64,000 nt of DNA from Octopus vulgaris (taxonomy: Eukaryota). The DNA lies in the NCBI GenBank assembly GCA_951406725.2, contig OX597825.1:74214001-74278000 (forward strand), in the 5' to 3' direction. This document shows positions 57,860-64,000 of the stretch, piece after piece; the first letter of the stretch is position 1; every line of letters begins with the position of its first letter. The position numbers and the translations under genes were made by a program. The notes beneath the pieces were generated by a model. The model worked only from the letters and a program-made list of their open reading frames with translations, made no database searches and was not told the DNA's origin.

Positions 57860-60800
57860 ACAACAACAACAGCAATATAACCGAGACCGTAAATAGGTTT
57901 ACTGTTTCAATATTGTGGTTATCTTAATGATAGCTATTCGATTACACTTTCACTTGACCTTTATCGTAGCTTCTACACCAGCTGTGTCAAGTATGTGGAT
58001 GTATGTACGTGATACGTGGACGTATGTGAGTGTGTATGTGTGGGCACAAGTATGTATAGGTGTATGCGTGTCCCTATGCTTGTATATATATACATGTATA
58101 TAAGTGTGCGTGTTACCGTGTTAATGTGCCTCATTGTGCTTGTGTTTATTTGAAGTGGAAAATCTGAGATTTCAGATGACTTGATGCTGAAATATCAGTT
58201 AGTATTGGTATGAAGTAGTTATTGGCTTTGTAGATTGTAGTATTGTCTGTAGATTAGTTTGAAAATAAAGCATCGACTGTGCTGTATTGAAATTTTATAT
58301 TATTCCTCTGTAGCCAATATTGAGTCAATGATATAAGAGCGTATCAAATGTTCATATATTAGTTTCAAATTTTCGTACAAGGCCAGCAATATTGGGTGTT
58401 AAGTCAATTACAGCGACCCACGGGACGTGAATACTACTTACTATTGATCTCAGAAGGATAAAAGGCAAGGGTATACCCCGTAGGATCCGAACACAGAATG
58501 TAAAGATAAATTTTATATTCCATAGATTGAGCGGATGAAAGAACCTTACGTAAGTTACAAAATGTGTGGGAAGAGCCGACTGAGAAAAGGAAATGAAAAC
58601 TAATAAAATTTAAAAATTATACAAAAATGATGAAATGTCTGTAATGAAGGAACGCTACCTGGTGCCAATGATTGATTAGTAAGCGTTCTCTCCAAGCTGT
58701 CATTCTCCAATGTACAGACACATGCTGGGAGAAAGCCAATTCATCCAGTATACCTTTGCAAGACTCCTCCATTTTTCAATAAATTTACTAGAGGGTGGGT
58801 AACTACTTCCCCAAGTGAAACTTGAAAAGGTTGATGAGGTATTGATCACAGCTTAAAGTATCTTCTATCTTCAGTCGCTTCAATAGCATCCACATATCCA
58901 CTTTCGTTATAATCACGAACCAGGGGAAAACTGTCTGGCCAAATAAAGGTGGAAAATAAAAAGTGTTAATGGAAATAACACAAATTTCTTCATTTGTTAC
59001 AAGATGCAAAGATTTAAATGTAATCAAATAGGAAAAAAGGTAAAGGTAAAAATATGTATATAAGAAAATGAATTGAAGCGTTTTGATTGAGGACAATTCC
59101 CAGCAGAGGAGTACGTATGCCTGCAGAGACATGCCTGAGACTGGGACTATAACACTAAAGACAGTCACCACTTATTTACTTTTTAGAGAATGTTTTCTGT
59201 ATAGTAACACCTCCCTTTATGCACGTGCCTGAAGAAACCTGAGTGTTTAGTCAAAGAGGACATTGCCTTCAAACTCTCCAATCTTATCCATATAGAAAAA
59301 AAGGAGTAAAAGTGCCTGTACTTTACAGTCAATAGAAGGAAGAGAGGATCTTCATGATGCGTCTACATATTAGCCGGATACATTTCATACATGTTAAAAG
59401 CTGTTCGACAGAATTACACATAAGAATGCTCGGATGCGGCAAATATCGAAATGGCTTGGTAAACTGTAAGTTTGTGCATGAAAATTTATATCCAAATGGT
59501 AGTTTACCTCCGTCGTAGTTATCAAACCAAGGATGTCTTGATTTAGTTCATGATCCTTGGGTTGGAAGTATTTTGAAAAATACTGCTTTGTTGCTTTTCA
59601 TGAAGTACTTGTGTCACTTGAGAATGTTTTACTTTTTCCTTCCTTAAACCTGTACAGAGGATTTTCTAAATTAGAGTCTATTGAGTTTGAACAAGTTCGG
59701 TTGCTGTGAGGAAAGTAACAAAGTAAAAATTAACCGATATACAAGCTCTTCAATGTATAGTTTTATTCAAGTAAAGATCGACTGCAGTGAACAACTAGGT
59801 TATTCGTTAAGAATTTATTTAGCTTTACGATGATTCTTACAATCAATATGTAAATATAAGTTTAACTATGACATTACATTTAACTATGATTGGAAATGTA
59901 ACAAAGCCAAACTGTTATGGTGTACTTCTAACTATAAACTAAAACACAGCAAGTGAAAAGAATTAGTAGGCTACAAAATAATGCTGTGTAGACATCACCA
60001 GATTTGGGGAAGCTCGTAAAAAGAGCCAACAACTTGCACAAGAAATGGTTGAGAAATTATTATCCTAAATTAGATATGGGACTTCACAAAGTAATATATC
60101 TCTCAGAGTTGTTAACAACTAAAACCAGAATAAATAAGTATTAGCAGGCAGCAGTCTATGAATGTCAGTGCTGGGAAAAGCAGTGCTATGAATGTCAGTG
60201 CTAGTAATGGATGTAAGCGCTTTAGGTTTCAGAAAATGGCGTGCATGTTAACAAATAGCATCAGAGGTGGTTAGTGAGGTTTAATATTTTTGTTTTTGTA
60301 TGTGTTAGAAATCAGGGAAATACTGTTTTATTGAATGACTCGAGCAATTATAATTCACGATTAATTGAAATGAGCTTCTTAGTTGTATAAAGAAAACGAA
60401 GTCCTTGTGGTATTTGTCACAAAATCTCAAAGAAAATAGCCAAAAAGAAATTGGATAAATTGAGAATTAATTTCACAACATTTAATTTTCATGCTTAGGA
60501 AAAAATTCATTTTTGTTATCAGTCAAAATGACAGCTATTCTGTGTATAATATTCCGGTCAATACTAAATATCATAAATATTCCGTTACAAATGGTAGATT
60601 AAAGTTGTCTGGTGGGAAATTATATTCCAAATCTCTTGGCATTTACTGGCTAAGCAGAATAATTGCATTTTCTACGTGACTGAAAAACTGAGAAACTTTC
60701 TGTCCGCCATTCACCATGCATCCTGATGAAGTCGTCTTAATATCGATATTTAAGATAAGAAGTAAGCAACAATAACCCTAATAATCCGGTTACAATAAAC

Positions 60801-62473
60801 ACGAGAACACAACCAGAGATTCAGTTTAACAACAAAAACAGCAACAACGCAAATAGTCACATTTATAACTTCAACATAGTGACACAGATTTGTGGAGAAA
60901 TCGATTTAACATTCTGTATATTTGATAGATAAATTATCGACCCTAGAGAAAGGGCGCAAAGAGTTGTTTAAATGTATTCTTCGTAACGCAAGGCTACATT
61001 TAAACATATAGTGAACACTCCGACAATATAATACATAGAGAGCATAAAACAAATTTTACTATTCTTTATACATCATATCCTGTACAGATGTTGGGGTAGG
61101 CTGTAAAATTTCCTTATAATATGTTTATTTATTCATATGTTGATTATTTTTTTATTCTAAACCCCGCTGCCATTGTTATAGGCAAAGGTTGCTATCTATA
61201 TTCTTCGTCTTGTTATTCCTTAATGGTTTACGCCTGAAGAAATATTTCTATGTGCAGCTATAAGCAATCATCTACCAAAGAAAATGTCGAAATTAAGCGG
61301 AAAGTAATGAAAATTAACGGCTCTGAAAACGATGTTTGCTTTTCCGTTTCCGTTTCGTCAAAAATATTAGGGTCTATTTTGCAGTATTTATTTCATAGGA
61401 AGTCTGTATGTTGTACAGAAAGAAATATACATCTATACATATCAGTATAAAAAAGTCTGGTATACGTAAATGAGGCTCTAATAAGTTAAAATAGCCATCT
61501 ACATATCACTCTTGATGTATATACACTACAGTCACTGTGTTATTTGTCCCGAGATAAAATATCTTATGGACGTGTGGTGTTCAAAACAATAAAAGCGTGA
61601 GGAACGAATTTATTATGTCGCTCTCACACTTATTATGTCTTGGCACAGCACGTCCATTAGAGATGTCATGTCAGGACAAATACTGCAGTAAGTGGCCTGT
61701 CAACTGTGCATATACATTAAGTATGGTATATAGATGTTTATTTCAGTAAAAACGCTTGAAGCATTTTTCCGGTCAACTTTGACCCTCGCGATTGATAAAA
61801 TAGGTACTAGATGTGTACTTGAGCCGTTGTAATCGACTTCCCTCTTCTCTCAAAATTGTAGGCCTTGTTCCAGAATTAGAAAGGAATATCAAAATGCGAC
61901 TTTTCAAAATTATAAGTGTGTTGAAAAGGATCTTACTGTTATTTCAAGGAAGTCTCTTGACTACATAAAGGTTCCAGTAACTATTGAAGGCTGTGGAATC
62001 AAAGCATAGCACACAACCGACCATTTCTCTCTTGAATATGCCTTGGTAACATGTCCCATGCCTTATCTAATTCATTTTCAACCTATGTAGTCATGATCAG
62101 GTAACGATACCCACGATATCTCGCTTATAGCCTAGAGGAACAGCCAGAATGTGAAAGCTAGAGAGAAACAGGGCTGCGCCGGCACCTAGGTGGTAATCAT
62201 TAGAAGTGAGGAGAGTGAAGCCACGTAAAATATAGTACCTTGCTTAAAGATAGAACATGCCAACCGGACCAAGAATTGAACTGACGACTTTTATGATCAC
62301 GCGAGAAAAACCTTCACCACTAGACCATTTCCCTAAACATTTTAGTTTTATCTTTTTTTTTTTCAAAATCATCTCATATAACACTTATAAGTTCATCAAA
62401 GGACTTTTTCGCTTCGAACATAATTCCTTCTATTAGGTTTTTATTAAGCCATGTGACAAAAATGGTCGTATAT

Positions 62474-62792
62474 GTTTTTTCTACTCAAGGCACAAAGCCC
62501 GAAATTTTGGGGGTAGGGATCAGTTGATTAGATCGACCCCAGTACGCAACTGGTACTTAATCCCCGAAAGGATGAAAGGCAAAGTCGACCTCGGTGGAAT
62601 TTGAACTCAGAACGTAATGGTAGTCGAAATACGGTTACGCATTTCGCCCGGCGTTCTAACGTTTCTGCCAGCTCGCCGCCATATTAAAGGCAAAGTCGAT
62701 CTCGTCGGAATTTGAACTCAGAACCTAAAGACACACGAAATACCGCTAAACATTTCGCCCGGCGTGCTCACGTTTCTGCCAGCTCGCCACCT
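62474..62792 (-). mobile_element. SINE family A with duplicated tRNA head, bracketed by one TSD
   Basis: Two successive heads (ending at ~62680 and ~62791). TSD TGGTCGTATAT at 62463 and 62798. Confidence 0.9.
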
Positions 62793-62827
62793 TAAATTGG
62801 TCGTATATTATTATCAATTGAAATTAA

Positions 62828-63030
62828 GGCAGTGAGCTGGTAGAATCGTTAACATGCTTAGCGCTATTTTGCCCGTTTCAGCGGTTTGAGTTCAAACTCT
62901 GCTGAGGTCGACTTTGCATTTCATCCTTTCGGCGTTGATAAAATAAGTATCAATAAAGTACTGGAGTCGATATAATCAGCTTCGCCCTCTCCTCAAAAAT
63001 TCCTGGCCCTGTGCCAAAACTTCGAAACTA
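62828..63030 (+). mobile_element. SINE family A, older copy
   Basis: GGCAGTGAGCTGGTAGAATCGTTA...GAGGTCGACTTTGCATTTCATCCTTTCGGCG. Confidence 0.85.
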
Positions 63031-63369
63031 TTATTATTCAAATTAAACATTAAATGGTTAAAATTGCAATTAGCCATAACTGATAAAATAAATAGAAATA
63101 TTGGATTTTAGCATTGACGTAAAGCAATCAATGTTTGGGGTGGGGCGAGGAGGGATGTTGGTATTTTGGATGTGAGGTATAATCGATGAAATCGAACTAG
63201 AATTTCTCTCGTTCTTTATTTCAACGACTACGACTGAAGAATGGAAATGCTACTTTAAATGGTTTTTAACAATTTCTATTGTCTTCCAGTAAATTTCATG
63301 CCTTTTAGTCTTAGAGAGCAGAGACGAATTCTTTCTTTTTTTAATTGTTTTGTAAGGGGGATATTGATG

Positions 63370-63700
63370 AACTTGCTGAACACAATATAGTTTATATTGC
63401 GCAGTAGGCAAGTGTAGGGAGAATATAGCATGAGTGAGAAGGAAGGGGCTCCAGATGGTTGTCACTTAGAGGGAGAAGGATTGGTGGGAACAGTGGTGGG
63501 GAGAAATAAGTGAGAAAGATGTGCTTAAGTAGAGGCTGGAAGTTAATAGTTAACTGTGAGGAGGATGGACTATTGTAATAAGGACAGTAAAAAGCTTCGG
63601 AGAAGATGGCTCATCTTTAAATAGAGGCTGAAACATTTTGGTCAATAGCTGCATGCAAATCAGTCGGGTGCCTTCTGCTTTCTGGTTGTAGCTTACGAAA
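63370..63700 (-). pseudogene. Very decayed 3' end of a CR1/L2-group LINE ORF2
   Basis: TRLICMQLLTKMFQPL...FY..YYNSPSSSQL...TTIWS resembles the post-RT A.RLI...LQPL..RR...FYRYY...CSSEL...LWN block. Confidence 0.4.
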
Positions 63701-64000
63701 ATATTATTTTGGCTTCCAGTCTTCGATTTGTTACAATACTGGGTCGATAAATTATTGAGTCGATGAAAGACAGGGTCGATAGAATATTAGATTGATAGAT
63801 TGTTGGATCGAATAAACGACACCAGTGTTTTGGGAGGACGTGATCGATTACAAATACCCTGAATTTATCTGGGGTCAGAATTACTGTATTGGATCAAATC
63901 AACCATCCTTGTACTTATTGGGAGAAAAAAAAATCAATATATATTAATTTTTAATCCAGAAAAAAGTAAGAGAAAAATGCTAATTTATAAGTCATAACGT

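Noticed and set aside
60720-60765. CTGATGA followed by a hairpin (possible hammerhead)
   Set aside because: No properly placed GAAA, stem III or NUH.

Overview
AT-rich, repeat-saturated animal genomic DNA, probably intronic or intergenic. The SINE families and the density of (AT)n, (ACAT)n, (AGAT)n and (AAT)n microsatellites point to an octopus (coleoid cephalopod); this is an inference from remembered repeat families. No intact protein-coding gene is visible, and nearly all listed ORFs are microsatellite translations. Recognisable content: four tRNA-headed SINE families (several with target-site duplications, TSDs); a truncated piggyBac; a mariner fragment; three decayed Penelope-like (PLE) GIY-YIG fossils; an R4/Dong-like endonuclease fragment inside (TAA)n; a probable Helentron-type non-autonomous element; several foldback elements; and a 1.4-kb A/T-tract minisatellite that interrupts a SINE. 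The most unusual signal is a set of hammerhead-ribozyme (HHR)-like cores (CTGANGA-stem-GAAA-NUH). They occur in a ~220-bp tandem array (retrozyme-like), as a divergent pair on the arms of one foldback, as a convergent pair in a 135-bp unit, and as minimal PLE-type motifs. A few micro-exon candidates (best at 51485-51530) may belong to a large host gene. All alignments and folds were done by eye, and coordinates are approximate.
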